From NCBI GenBank assembly GCA_964016885.1, contig OZ024741.1, positions 280,550,001 to 280,614,000 of the forward strand: a stretch of DNA of 64,000 nt. The letters are read 5' to 3'. A model generated the notes under the pieces. It searched no databases, was not told the DNA's origin, and saw only the letters and a program-made list of their open reading frames with translations. Below, piece by piece: positions 36,594 to 50,375 of the stretch (position 1 is its first letter; every line of letters starts with the position of its first letter). Origin of the DNA: Eledone cirrhosa. Lineage: Eukaryota. A program made the translations under genes and the position numbers.

Positions 36594-36629
36594 TCTTAAT
36601 GTTTCAGAAGCTAGTTCTTCATCAGAAAA
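36594..36629 (-). ncRNA. Minimal hammerhead motif
   Basis: Minus strand TTTT-CTGATGA-AGAA-CTAGC-TTCT-GAAA-CA-TT-AAGA. Stem III ACAT is plausibly CpG-decayed ACGT. Confidence 0.55.
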
Positions 36630-36860
36630 TAGAATGAGAAATTGGTGGTGTGTGTAAATATATTGCTGTGTGTATCTTGATTTTTAGAATAGGTGTACCA
36701 TATCCTTACATGTTTTAATAGGCAACTAAAAGAGTTGGCACCAGGAAGGTCATCTGGGTGTAATACATTGTCTTAAAATAACCCATACCAACATGGAAAA
36801 GTAGATGTAAAAATAATAAAAATAATTATATATATATATATATATTTTTTTTTCTTTTCT

Positions 36861-37470
36861 TTTTCAATGCTATTCGATAATTCTGTCTGATCGTTCAAAA
36901 TAATCTTCTTGTATTTTAAAATCCCATAATTCTTCCCTTATTACAGTTATATGCTCGTTCGATTATGGCCAAAATTTTGTGGATTTTATTCTATAAACTT
37001 CTCTCGATTTTTATAAAATAACCTCCTCACTCGTTTAAATATGGTCGAAATTCTAGGATTTTATAAAATAACCTTCCTGCTCCCTACTATTCCCCCCCCC
37101 CCCCATACATTGTATACACGCCTGCTGGCTCTCTCTCAATCCCATCCCCTCTCTCTTCAAACATAAAATAAACTGTTGCGGGGTACGAAACTCAGAATTT
37201 GTCGACCCATATTCTTGGCTACATCGCTCGCTCGGTCTTCTGTGAAATGTAATGTACGAATCCTATTTTCTCGTCTCTCCATGCTCCCTTGTCCATTCAT
37301 CTATCTGTATCATATCGTCAAGAATACAACCTTTTCAATGCTATTCGATAATTCTGTCTGATCGTTCAAAATAATCTTCTTGTATTTTAAAATCCCATAA
37401 TTCTTCCCTTATTACAGTTATATGCTCGTTCGATTATGGCCAAAATTTCTAGGATTTTATTTTATAACCT
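36861..37470 (+). repeat. Direct repeat: 117 identical bp at 36861 and 37332 (period 471)
   Basis: TTTTCAATGCTATTCGATAA...CGATTATGGCCAAAATTT occurs twice. Confidence 0.9.
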
Positions 37471-37589
37471 TCTCGCTAACTACCCCAGATCCCCGCGCCC
37501 ACTCACCACCATTATTATTTGGACTAATCATAAGTCAGCGGCCTATGTTATCACTTAAGTTTAGACCTGGTTGCCTTTTGATATGATGG

Positions 37590-40500
37590 ATGGATTACGG
37601 AATTCTGGAGAGTCTGAAAAAATCTGGACACTCAGTGACAATGCCAAAGATAAAGACAAATTCACCTCATGCTGCCGGACGAGAATGCAAGGACTCCTCC
37701 TCCTCTTTATTTAGGCCGCGGACGGCTAACATAGCCCCATCTCCCTCACCCTTCTCTGTGCCCTGTCCTTCCCACCCACCAAACGCAATCCAAAACTTCA
37801 GAGTTGGTACCATGAATGTAGGTATCTTAAAAGGTCGCTCTAACGAGGTTGTAGAGATGCTTGATCGTAAGGAGGTTTGATGTTTGCTGTATTCAAGAGA
37901 CCAGGTGGAGAGTGGGTTTGCTAGATTCATTTTGGGTAAAAAACGATGCTATAAGCTTTTCTGGGTGGGAAATGACAATGGGCTGGGTGGAGTAGGAATC
38001 ATTCTAGCAGAAAAATGGGTAGATAAGATAATAGACGTAAATAGTGTGAACGACAGAATAATTAAAATAAGACTTGTCCTCAATAGAACTACTGTGACAA
38101 TAATATCTGTGTATGCACCCCAACCCGGACTGCCTGGCATTATAAAAGACAGATTCTATGAGTCGTTAATGCTCACTACCTCCCAAATAACCGACAGTGA
38201 CTATATAATTATTGCTGGCGACCTAAATGGTCACGTTGAACAACACTGTGACGGCTATGACGGAATCCATGGAGGCTATGGGTTTGGTACTAGAAATGAG
38301 GAAGGCTCCAGAATCCTGGAATTCTGTGACGCAAATAATCTAACTATCTGTAACACAAACTTCAAAAAACGAGACAATCACTTGATCATCTATAGATGAG
38401 GGGAACACGCCAGTCAGATAGATTATATCCTTACCAGAAGACGAGACAGAAGACAGAATGTCTGTTGTAAACACTAAATCCGACAACAGAGGAGGACTAT
38501 CTTTAGGAGAAAAATATGGAAGTTAAAGGACCCCACAGCCAGTAATAAATTTAAAAGCATATTACTTGATGCTTTTGACAGTAAGGAAGAGCAATTAGAG
38601 TCGTACAATATAGAGGAACAGTGGGAATTCCTGAAAGCTAACCTGCTGAAGGCGACAGATGAAATCTGTGGCTGGAGCAGACCTATAGGCAGGAGGAGAG
38701 TAACTTGGTGGTGGAACAGTAAGGTGGAGGAGTTGATCAAAGCCAAAAAGGCTTGGAAAGTATGGCGGGATGGGAGAAGACTATCAAGTGGCCAGGAGGG
38801 AAGCTAGGAGACAAGTGTACTTCGCAAGAAGGGAAGCAGAGGAAAGAAAGTTCAAGCATGTTCTACAACGCGAGGACCAAAAACGTGAGGTGTTCAGGAT
38901 TGCTAGACAATGTGTCAAGGAGAACCGTGATATTGTCGGGGAGAAGTGTGTCCGTAATGATGATGGTGTACTTGCCATCACTGACGCTGATAAGAAGGTA
39001 GCTTGGAAGTGTCACTACGAAAGGCTATTAAATGAGAAGAATAAATGGGAGAAAGACAGTCTCCCCCACATCGATCCAATAGAGGGACCAGCAGTGCAAG
39101 TTGAAGGTAGTATAATAAGTAAGGCAATCAAAGATATGAGGACGGGCAGAGCGGCTGGGCCTTCGGAAATAGTTGCTGAAATGCTGAAAGCATCTGGAAC
39201 GGTGGGACACACTATGGCCACCCGGATAGTAAACCAAGTTATACAGAATGGAGTCGTACCAAAGGACTGGGGTAGCATCATCATCATTAACTGCTACAAG
39301 GGTAAAGGAGATGCCCTAGATAGGGGAAACTATAGATGCATTAAATTAATCGACCAGGTCATGAAGGTGACGGAAAAAGTAATAGCGCAACTAATCAGAG
39401 AGCAAATTGACCTAGATGAAATGCAGTTCGGGTTTGTGTCAGATAAAAGTACCACAGACGCTCTTTTCATTGTATGACAACTACAGGAGAAGTACCTAGC
39501 TAAAAGTAAACCCCTCTACTTAGCATTTGTAGACCTGGAGAAAGCCTTTGACAGAGTCCCCCGCTCCATTATCTGGTGGGCTCTTAGAAAACTAGGGTGT
39601 AGATGAATGGCTTGTGAGAGCTATACAAGCCATGTATAAAGAAACAGTCATCAGGGCTCGGTCCTTAGCCCCCTCCTATTTATTATCGCCCTCCAAGCTA
39701 TAACGGAGGAGTTCAAGACCGGCTGCCCATGGGAACTTCTATATGCAGATGATCTAACGCTCATAGCCAAATCAATGGCTGAACTAGAGAAGAAATTCCA
39801 AACATGGAAGCATGGCCTAGAATCAAAAGGCCTTAAAATTAACTTGTCTAAGACTAAAGTCCTAATATGTAGGAAGGAGAATAGGGCACTGGTCCCATCT
39901 GGAAAATGGCCATGCTCAGTGTGTAGGAAAGGGGTAGGCAGAAACTCCATTTTATGTCCCAAATGCAAAGTATGGGTGCATAAAAGATGTAGTGAGATCA
40001 TAGGTAAGCTAACTAAGAATATAGATTTTATATGTGGCCGGTGCTCTGGTGCAATAAGTAGCAGCAAATGCCCACAGAATACTAGCTCATTCCATTGCCC
40101 AGATGGTTTTATAGAAATAGTGGACACCTTCCGTTACCTGGGTGACAAAATCAGCAGGGGTGGAGGGTGCTCCGAAAGTACTGTAGCTAGAGTCCAAACG
40201 GGATGGAAAAAGTTCAGAGAGCTTATACCACTATTGACCAGAAAAGGTTTCTCTCTAGAAATAAAAAGCAGGCTGTATGATGCCTGCATACGAACAGCAA
40301 TGTTACATGGCAGTGAGACCTGGGCATTGTGTGCAGAGGATCTAGTGTAATAGTAATATACGCGAACGGCAAAGCATAAATGAACTAAGTGAGAAATTAG
40401 GAATAAGAGGGATCAGATGCTGTTTACTCGAGAGAAGACTACGTTGGTATGGTCACGTGATGCGCATGAAAGACGACAGCTGTATAAAAAAGTGCAGGGC

Positions 40501-40690
40501 GATCAAAATAGACGGTAGTTACAGAGCAGGCAGACCCAGAAAATCCTGGGACCACTTGATAAAATCCGACCTCACACACTTAGACCTCTCCAAGACAATG
40601 TCACTGGACCGAGATCTTTGGCGCTACTCAGTAATACAGAAGACCCACCTTGCCTGAGTACAAAGCGAAACCTACAGTCAGTAGGCACCT
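37590..40690 (+). mobile_element. Second RTE-clade LINE, different family, near full-length, pseudogenised
   Basis: FRVGTMNVG, ISVYAPQ, GDLNGHV, CYKGKGDALDRGNYR, MQFGF, AFVDLEKAFD, LLYADDL, PHD finger, LHGSETW. Confidence 0.95.
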
Positions 40691-41035
40691 CTTAACCAAA
40701 ATATACCCCCGTCCCACTACCCCTACCCCCACCGCCATCTACACCACCCCTTTCGATGTAAAGCTATGTTGGTAGCACAAAATCCAGTCCTAAATAAATG
40801 AGGTCGTGTAGGTGTCACGATAAAAAAACACACAGTCCACGCTGTAATGTGGCCGTGTAGGTAACACGGTAAAAACCTCCCAGTCCACACTGTAAACGTG
40901 GTTGGTATTAGGAAGGGCATCCAGCCGTAGAAAACCCGACAGACAGTCCTGAGCAAGACAACCAATCTTGCCTCAAATGGGACAATTCCCCTCTAGACCC
41001 ATGCTAGCGTGGAAGATAGACGTTAAACGATGATA

Positions 41036-42213
41036 TCTGTATATATATAAAATTAAGTATGTTTGTGTGTGTGTATTACCTATAGGGGCCTACATCTTAC
41101 GACTGATTTTCATGAAACTTTACAGGCTCATAGATTTGTCATCGGGGAGTGTTTTCTATATATTGGCGTATGGTTTTTTTATTTTTATTCCGGGGTCATT
41201 CTGCAGATAAAAATCGATGGAGGGCACCTTTTTTTAGGTATCGAAAAATAAGATTTTTGGCTCTAGCTCCCACATTTTGCCACTGATTTCGTTCAAATTT
41301 TAAAGCAAAATAGAATTTATCATTGCACATCCTGTAATGGCTTTATATTTTGCATTTGTTGTTCAGGGACGACGTGGCAGCCGCTTAAATATTCAAAAGT
41401 ACACTTTTAGACTCAAATTCCACTTTTTCGGCTCTAGCTTCCACATTAATCAACCTACTTTGTTCAAATTTTACACTACGCTAGATCTGATTATTTCACG
41501 TCTTAAAGTGGCTTTACATTTTGGACTTTTTTGTTCAGGAACAGGGTGGCAGCTGCTTAAATATTCGAAAATACCACCTTTTCACTCAAATTTCCGCCTT
41601 TTCGGCTCTAGCTTCCACATTTTTCAACCGATTTCGTTCAAATTCGAAATTTCGGCTCCACCTCACACATAAATCAATTTATTTCGTTCAACTTTTATAC
41701 TACGATAGAACCTATCATTGCCCATCTTATAGTGGCTTTACACTTTGCATTTTTTGTTCAGGGACGGCGACGTATCATTAGCTCCCACATTTTTCAACCG
41801 ATTTCATTCAAATTTGAAACTTCGGCTCCACCTCACACATAAATCAATTTATTTGGTTCAACTTATATACTATGATAGAACCTATCATTGCACATCTTAT
41901 AGGTGGTCAAAGGCAAAACGATGGCCACTGACGTTGTCTGGGCTTTTAGTTGTGTATTTGAGAATTCATCGGTTTCCAATCAAGTAGTGTGAGGAAATTT
42001 GGCTTAGTGTTAGAGGTCATTACCTCCTTCTCACAGCATGCCCCTTCGCCAGTCACCTGCGTTTCTCAATGATAGAGGTCATCACCACCCTCCCCCGCAT
42101 GGCCTGTGTGTGGCCATAGATAAGTCATCGAGAAGCAGTCGCTAAGATCAACACCTTTTCATCAAAGCGCATATTATTTTACCTACCCAGGCAACGCTGG
42201 GTACTGCTGCTAG
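41036..42213 (+). mobile_element. Non-autonomous Helitron with internal ~170-180 bp tandem repeats
   Basis: A|TC 5' end; 3' hairpin TACCCAG-GCAACG-CTGGGTA followed by CTAG|T; no target duplication. Repeats begin near 41261, 41432, 41606 and 41778. Confidence 0.8.
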
Positions 42214-42811
42214 TATATATATAATATAGTATTAGTGAGACATTCAAAGAACTAGTAGTTTCATAGTCTTTGTTGACTAAGGTGAATGTGCCTTTGTCAA
42301 CAAAAACTATGAAACTGCTAGTTCCTTAAATAAATACCTTGTCTTAAAATATATAAATTACCTCTTTGTTTCTATATTGATGGTTCTTTCATAATATGAA
42401 ATTACACCCAAGTAACTGTGTGTGCGTTAAACCTGGTAATGAATGAAGTCTGTCACCAAAAAATTATGACCTCCCTCCAACATACTTTCACAGTTTCAAT
42501 CTACCAATTTTCAATTTCACGTCTTTGGTCAAGCTGAGGTTATAGAAGAGGACACTTGCCCAAGAGTCACACAGTGAGATCAAACCTGAAACCACATAGT
42601 AGAAAAGGGAATTACCTAATGAGACAGCCTTGCCTGTTAATAACGCATTGATTAGTTAAATTATTGTGTGTTTATGACATTAGTTGGTAACAGAAATCAA
42701 TGCAAGCTAGTGATGTATGGAAAAATTGTTTCTTTGTTATGAACCAAATAGCTTATTTTCAGAGTTTTCCATGAATGAGAAAATTATGGAAACTAGCTTA
42801 TGTGTTGTTGT

Positions 42812-42972
42812 TTGAATCTGGTCTAGTTGCAGAAGACATTAACACATCTGGTGGTAATTTGAGTCTGGTCAGGTTGCAGAAGACATTATGACATCTGGTG
42901 GTAGCTTGAGTCTCGTTTAGTTGCTGAAGGTATTAACACAGCTGGAGGTAGCTTGAGTCTGGTTTAGTTGCA
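42812..42972 (+). repeat. 47-bp tandem repeat, about 3.5 diverged units
   Basis: TTGAGTCTGGTYTAGTTGCAGAAGACATTAACACATCTGGTGGTAGC-like units. Confidence 0.85.
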
Positions 42973-44394
42973 TGACTACATTCTCCTATACAAAAATGCA
43001 AGACATTAGATACCATAACATGTCTGGCTACAGATTTCACTCTTTGTACCATTTTCTATTCCCAAAGGAGACCAAGTTGTCATGTCCTATGACAAACCAG
43101 GTCATCTAAATAACTGAATACTGACATGTGATGTGTAGGTTGTCTATGGGTAACACAGTATATAAGAGGAAGGACTAAAGAGGGATATTATCTCTTTAGA
43201 AGTGTGCTTGGCTAGTGTTCAATTCTAATGACTGCAAAACTGGAGATTAATTTCTTGGCTTTATTTTAACAACAAAACAAAAACTCCTTTCAGCAACAGG
43301 ATTATTTATTGGTGTGACTAATATATTAATGAGGTGGTGAATTGGCAGAGCCATTAGAATATTAGATGGTATGCTTTGTCGTATTCATTCTGGCTTTCTA
43401 CAGTCTGAGTTTTAAACCCTATTGAGGTCAACTTTGCTTTTCATCATTTCAAGGTCAATAGATAAAATACCTGTTCAATACTGGAGTAGATTCTTTTATA
43501 TCTCTTTCTCACATCCTTTGTATTACTCTCTCACTCTTGCCTTCTCTGGAAAGAATTAGCTTGAGAGAGATGGGCTCTGCCATATTTCAAATATCCAAGA
43601 GACACTCTGCATATATGACTCCACTGGGAGTCACTGGTTCATATACATAATATATAAGGGCGGTGGGTTGATAAATTTGGTAGAACATCAGATAAAATGC
43701 CATTGCAGTATGTATTTTGGCTCTCAAGCTCAATTTTATCTTTCATCCTTCCAGGGTTGATAAAATAAAGTACCAGTCAAGTACTGGGATTGATTTAATC
43801 AACTTTGTCCTGCCCCCAAATTTCCTGGTCTTGTGCTTAAATGAGAAACCAATATGTTGATATAATGTCAGTTGTTTAACTCTTTTGTTACCATGCACTC
43901 TATTGCTGTCGGTGACAAATTGCGACAATAGAGTAATCTCCCCTTAATATATAATACAGTGTCAAGGGAAGCAATTCATAAAAAAAATTCAGCTAGCTGA
44001 AGGTTAATTAATGAAAAATTTTGAGGCATTTGCTAAAATTATTATTTCATTACTAAAGGTGGGAGATTGGCAGTATTGGTAGAGCATCGGACACCATGCT
44101 TTGCAAGCATAGGGTTACATCCCTTTATGTAAGGACTTCAAATCCTGCCAAAGTTAGCTTTGCTTTTCTTCCTTACGGGGTCGATAACATTTAGAACCAG
44201 TAACGCATTGTGGTCAATTTAATTGATTTTCCCCTCCTCCCAAATTGTTGGCTTTGTGCCTAAATCTGAAACCATTATTTCATTAATTAGATATTAGCTT
44301 AACGTATGATTCTTATATAAAATTTTGGAAGATTTCAATTTAAAATTGATAGTTTTGTTTCATAGAACCATAGTTGGTATTGTGTGGGGTTGGT

Positions 44395-45430
44395 ATAAAA
44401 AGAGTTTAAAGATTCATCACTTAATTATTTAGAGTCACTGAAATAAGTTATTTAGATTATCAGCAGCTTAATGTAAAATATCTATTTCATTAAAATTATA
44501 TTTTGTAGTTAGATTAACTAATAAAACGTTTCTAGAAATTTTACCAAAATTTTGTGTAAAAACATTTGCCAAAATCTGGAAAAACACCCTAAATTTTAAT
44601 AACTAGATTTGATAAGAAATGACTATAGTTCTGGAATTTTCCCATAAAAAAAGTCAATCTTGTGGCTCTGCAACTCAGCATCTTCCAAATTCCAGCCAAG
44701 AATATTTTATCAATTTAATCATATAGTATATTAAATATTTATACTTATTTTTATATGGTTGAAGCAGAATTGCTCAGAGGTTAAAAGTACCAGACTATTT
44801 ATAAACAATGCATTGAACTTGCTGTTCAGAGCATACAGCCATTGTGCCATTGTGATGCCTCTTGAGCAAAGCATTATAATAGCACTTCATGGTTATTTGG
44901 TTAGTACAGAAAATGGCAATTATCTATTGAGACAATTACTGCTGCAACATGCAAATATTTATATCTGTGAAAAATATTCCTAACCTTGCTAGAACAAATA
45001 AATAAATATCTAAAACAGTAAAATATATATCATGTTGTGAATTGTTAGACTTAGAAAGGAATGGAATATACAATCATGATTATAATAGACAAACTAGGTT
45101 ATAGATAGATAGATAGAAATAAGATGTCTCAAATGTTACTATCTATTTTGATGTACTTATTGCTGTTCAAAATAGATAGTGACTTTTGAGACACCCCATA
45201 TTAACTTGTAGTTTATCAGCTTCTAAAAGGGTGACAGGCAAAGATGACCTCTTTGAGATTTAACTCTGAACATCCTGTAATGATTTAGCAAAAAATATCT
45301 AAAAATCGGTTTGTTAATTTGAATGTTTGTAGTATTTTTACTAGTGGATAGATCGTTCTGAAAATTTTCATTTTTAGAGTATTGTGATGCAAGCCATAGT
45401 GCTGCTTTGTACTTTTTCAAAATTGTCTTG
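44395..45430 (+). repeat. Left arm of a ~1 kb inverted duplication
   Basis: Reverse complement of about 56930-58030; the ORF track shows near-identical spurious peptides at 44759(+) and 57378(-). Confidence 0.92.
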
Positions 45431-46804
45431 CTAATACAGTTTTATGTGGTACAGCGCGTTAAGTATTAAACTCAGTGCAGTGAGCTGAAACAAATACAGA
45501 GGCATTTAATCTAACATTCTAAATACCCCACCTATTCTCCATTAACATAGAAATTGAACATTGGAATAAACCTGAAAATTGAGATTATAGAAATTTGCTG
45601 TGTATCTTTGTGTCACAAGAACCATTGCATGCAATTTCACCACAGCTTAGATTTATAAGAGGGGAGCACTATATTGCTTTACTCTTGGTGCACCACAGTT
45701 TCATCACTGAAAGTATGGTGCATTCATGAATCTTCAACCAACAGTGAAATCTCTTATCTACTTAGCTGTTATATTTCAACAGACATTTTCTGCCATACCC
45801 TTAGAAAAGGTAGAACAGGGCAAGCAGTTGAAAATAAATTAGACCATCAAATCTAAATCATACAACTCCAGAAATTTGCATGCAAATATCTGCATTCTTG
45901 TGATAACCAAGTACTGAAGTTGGCGCATTATTCTACCAGTTCCAACAATTTCTGCATTTAATTCAGCCCCCTGCATACCATCATTCATAAAAATGACCCC
46001 CTGAGATACTTAAACTTCTCCATCTGCTTCAATGTAACTCCACACACACAGTGCACCGTGCTGGCTTTCTTGAGAGCTTATGTATCTGATTTTAAAATCT
46101 GTTAGAAATCTGGATAGACATGAAATCTCTGGTGGGCAACAATGGTGGAGATGGTTAACAAGTCAATATTTCAAGCTCAGCTAATTAAGTCTCTTAGTGT
46201 ACTATTGTTTTCTCTCTTTCTCTCTCACTCACTCACACATTACTCATTCATATTCTCTCACCTACTTACACTCACTCCCTCACTCACCCACACTCTCCCT
46301 CATACTGACTCTCCCACTCACCCACCCTCCCACTCACTCTTACTGACTCTCCCACCCACTGTTACTGACTCTCACTCATTCTCTCTCTCACCTATTCCCA
46401 TTCCACACTCATCAACTATTATATATCAGTAATACAGCTGTACTGTCTCTCATCTTTTCACCTTATCACCTAACATGCTCATTAAATCTCCTCTCCATTT
46501 CTTATCTCTCATAATTTGCCACATACAACTTGTTAGGATTTATGCAGCTTATCTCTTCCACCACACACACACACCACTCCCCTCTCTTTTGCTCTCGCCC
46601 TCTTTCCCCCTCTCTTTCTCACACACCCACTCTCTCTCTCTCTCTGCTCCCCTTCTCCCCCATGCATATCCTCCCCCAATGCATATGCTCACCTAGTCTT
46701 TAAAAAAATACCGGATAGTTTTTGAAGGAATTACTGGATTTTATTATCAGTTATTATTAAATAGAGTTTGAAATTGAATAAAAGTATTTATAGAACATAT
46801 ACAT

Positions 46805-47112
46805 AGTCTTGCGTCCCAAATAATAGGGTGGGGTGGAATCGGTAATTTTTCTAGGTTGTCTCCATTGATTTTTTTTAAAACCCGAATTAGTTGTTTAGTT
46901 TACATATTGAGACCACAACCCATTCTATTTATTTTATAACGTATGGGATTTCTTGTAATATACTTTTTTGTTATGTATAAAGTAAAATTTCGCTGGAGAT
47001 AGATTAGCAAAATTTAATAAGCTGGCAGAAGGAATAAGAGTGGTGGATGTATGGAAAAAATTTGAAAAATAAATGAGCGGGGGATGGGGGTGATTATTTG
47101 TGACCCGAGAAT
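46805..47112. mobile_element. Possible MITE with degenerate ~20-bp TIRs
   Basis: TAGTCTTGCGTCCCAAATAA ... TTATTTGTGACCCGAGAATA. Confidence 0.5.
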
Positions 47113-47565
47113 ATGTGTGTGTGTGTTCTTTTACCAATTTCAGTCATTACATGCTCCCTAAATATATGTAGAGCATCAATCTTTAATACTCTCTCCAAGC
47201 ATCTACACAGGTACCTTATCCCTTTCATTACCAAATTTCTAATGAAAGACATTGCTTATGAATTTCAAATAATTTTGAAAATAATCAAGAATTTGAAGGT
47301 ATTTAGTAAAATAACTAATATTCTGAATATGAAACTTAATATAACTTAACAGTGGTTTTTGCATAAAATTATAATAGAACGGTTTTAGATATGTATAAAT
47401 ACTTTCAAACAAATGGCTTTCTATCATAAAACCAAGGGCTGTTACAATAAAATTTGATATCAAAGGGGTTATATATGAATTTTAGGGAGTACCACCTACA
47501 AAACAAATGTTTTGTTAATCATCTCTTAAGCATCAAATATCATTCCCTGTTATTCTCACAAAATC

Positions 47566-48165
47566 CTATCCTATCACAACTGGTTTCACACATAGCTTCC
47601 ATTTGCCACAGTCATTCATGATGGTCTTGAGCTCCTCTGCTATCTCCATTTCTGTGTCTTCTAGCAGAGTGTCCACATAGGTGATTTTTCTCTTTCCTCT
47701 ACAGGTTCTTCCCTCAGTAAGTTGCCAGAGCATTAACTTGTTTGCCACCACATCATCGTGTGTGATGCAATGGCCTGCAAGTCACATCCTTCCTCTACAG
47801 ATTCTTCCCTCAGTAGGTTGCCAGAGCATTCACTTGTTTGCCATCACATCATTGTGTGTGATGCAGTGGCCTGCAAATTGCATCCTTCTTTGTTGAACTT
47901 TCAATGAAATATTTGGAAGATCATCATAAAGTTCTGCATTTGTTACATCATGGCTTCCCCATGATACATTGAGTGCCATTCTAAGCATTCTAGTGTTGCA
48001 TCTATCTAATTGTTTCTTTAAGGTTTTTATAAGTGCTTGTTTCTGCTCCATAAAACAAAACATATTCTACTATAGCCATGAACAATCTAACCTTCAGTTT
48101 TCTTGGTAACTTGGAGCTTCATATCTTTTTAATTGATGGCATGCTGTCCACAATAGCCATATTAG
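47566..48165 (-). mobile_element. Old RTE-clade LINE 3' fragment with an internal tandem duplication
   Basis: LDRCNTRMLRMALN..W...TNAELY.DLP....VQQRRMQFAGHC; related to 7544-7908. Confidence 0.8.
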
Positions 48166-49029
48166 AATTTCTCTTCCTGTATTAATGTTATTTTCCTACA
48201 AGCACTATTAATTCTAAATGCAACATTTCACATTATTCCACTTGCTATGCTCTGTAAATCAGGTCAGAAGAGAACTGATTCTGTAGAGAGCATAAACACA
48301 TAACAAATGGTTCAATGCGGGGTTGTGTCTGAGAACTCTCCCTCCTCTTCCACCATCTTTCAGTCTTGAGGATGGGATTTATTCATTCATGTTCTTATAA
48401 ACTGTTATCTGAGAGAAATGAGAGGAATTAAATAGTATATCATTTTACGACCATTTTCCATGCTGGCATAGGTTACATTTAAAAAAAATCTTTTATTTCG
48501 TTAGTGTTTGTTGTTCTTTCATATTTTCTATTAATTACTGTCTTAACTCTTCTCTCTTTTTCTCTTGCTCTCTTTCAATAACTCTGGCTATTTATTTAAT
48601 TCCATTTATTTATCTATATATACCTGTCTGCCTACATACCTACCTGCTAATCTATCCTCTCTCTCTTTCTCTCTCTCTCTCCATCACTTCCCCCCCTCTC
48701 TCTCTCTCTCTCTCTCTCCATCACTTCTCTTCCCCTCTCTCTCTCTCTCTCTATCCATCACTTCTCCCCCCCCCCCTCTCTCTCTCTCTCTATCACTTCT
48801 CTTCCCCTCTCCCCCAACTTCTATCTGAAAAAAGAAGTCTATTCAGGTCGCCATCTTAGAAAACTTGATTTCAGCATTGGTATATAAGAGGTTCAGTTGA
48901 TCGTGTTTTAAAAGACAGTGATCAAAAGTGTCTCTGCTGAAAAGGAAAAGACCCTTTTGTATGTAGGTGTGTGTGTGTGTGTGCAGGTGCATATGGTTCG
49001 GTTGGGAATGATTTGGTGTGTACTTAATT

Positions 49030-50375
49030 TTGTATCTAAGAGGGCTTGGTTGTAATAAGGCACAGCCTTATCGAAAACCTCCTTGGTTGCTGATAGATTA
49101 GAGATGCTACAACTAATGTTAGAAACCGTGTTTTAAAAACAGCAGGTGGATGGCATGATGTTTTATTAATATATTTAAATTTTTCATTAGTCTTATGGTG
49201 TGGCTTATACGAAGCTGTTGTTAGATCTAAGTTCACATCAACGAAATTTGCATTAGTAAGATTTGTATCAATCATAATTTTAAGTCCTAGTGCACTAAAT
49301 ATGTCAATTAAATTGTTACGGAATTGTCCAGAGTCTGTCCATTACAATCTTGTGAAAACAAAAGACTGTCCTCACAGAATAGACAAAGGAGTGGTTGAGT
49401 AATTTAGACTTTAGCATATGAAGAATGTATAAGCTGACAAGATTACAGACATCAGCACTGTCATAGGACCCCATGGAGACATCAAAAGAATCATCAGGGT
49501 CAAGTATGTTTTACCTAAGTAGAACCGTTACTAAATAGGAGGGTTCTACAAGCATGGAATATAAGGTCATATTCCATGTCACTGATGTATATAAAAGAAT
49601 GAGCAATATCTAAAGCATTATTAAGAAGGCTCCTAGAAATAGAGGTATAAAAATCTGTAATATCAAACTGTGAATTTGATCCTGTTCTAAAAGGGAATTT
49701 CAGTGAACCAGGATTTGACAGATGTACTATTCCACAGTGACAGATTGTTGTTTTTAATAATACAGGTGTTGATGTCTTTTAAAATGTTTTTGCTAGCAAG
49801 TCCTAATTTTGTCCTTGCAGGATTGATTATTCTACAAGTTAGTGAAATCATGTTTGTGATCCTTCAGGGTAATAAAGGCATCACATTCTGATAAGCATTC
49901 AACTCTATTGTCTATTTTTAAATTTGTGTCAATATAGCCTCATCATTAATCTTATTGTAGTTGTGAGGTTTGGCCTTTCGGTATTTATTTGTTATGCTAT
50001 TAATATAAGGTTGTTATATTTTTCTTTACCCAGATCATACAAATTTTTTGTTTTATCCATAATAAACACAAAAACATTCTTAGTAAATTTGAAATTTTTA
50101 ATGTCCTTTACAAGTGTATGTTGGAAGGAATTATGGTACTTACAAAACTTTATGGTTGTGACTATATCTAACAGGTCAGCTTCAAATGGGGCTAAGTCCT
50201 TAAATTTTAGGGGGATACTTAATGGAATTAATGAAAAATTTTTCTGTGGCAGTGGTTGCATTTTCACCATCGAACAGAAGAGCTTTCCACTACAATCTAT
50301 GAACAACACCTACTTTTTCGATAAGCATTTTGGTGTAAGAGGTGTTGGTAAGTGTCTGTATGTTTTTGGTTGAAT
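49030..50375 (-). mobile_element. Decayed Penelope-like reverse transcriptase
   Basis: QFDITDFYTSIS, DVSMGSYDSADVCNLV.LYIL, NFVDVNLDL...YKP..K.N....YINK.S.HPP; many stops. Confidence 0.8.

Noticed and set aside
44759-44983. Duplicated 74-aa ORF (also 57378-57602)
   Set aside because: TTG start, no recognisable domain; similarity is explained by the DNA-level inverted duplication.
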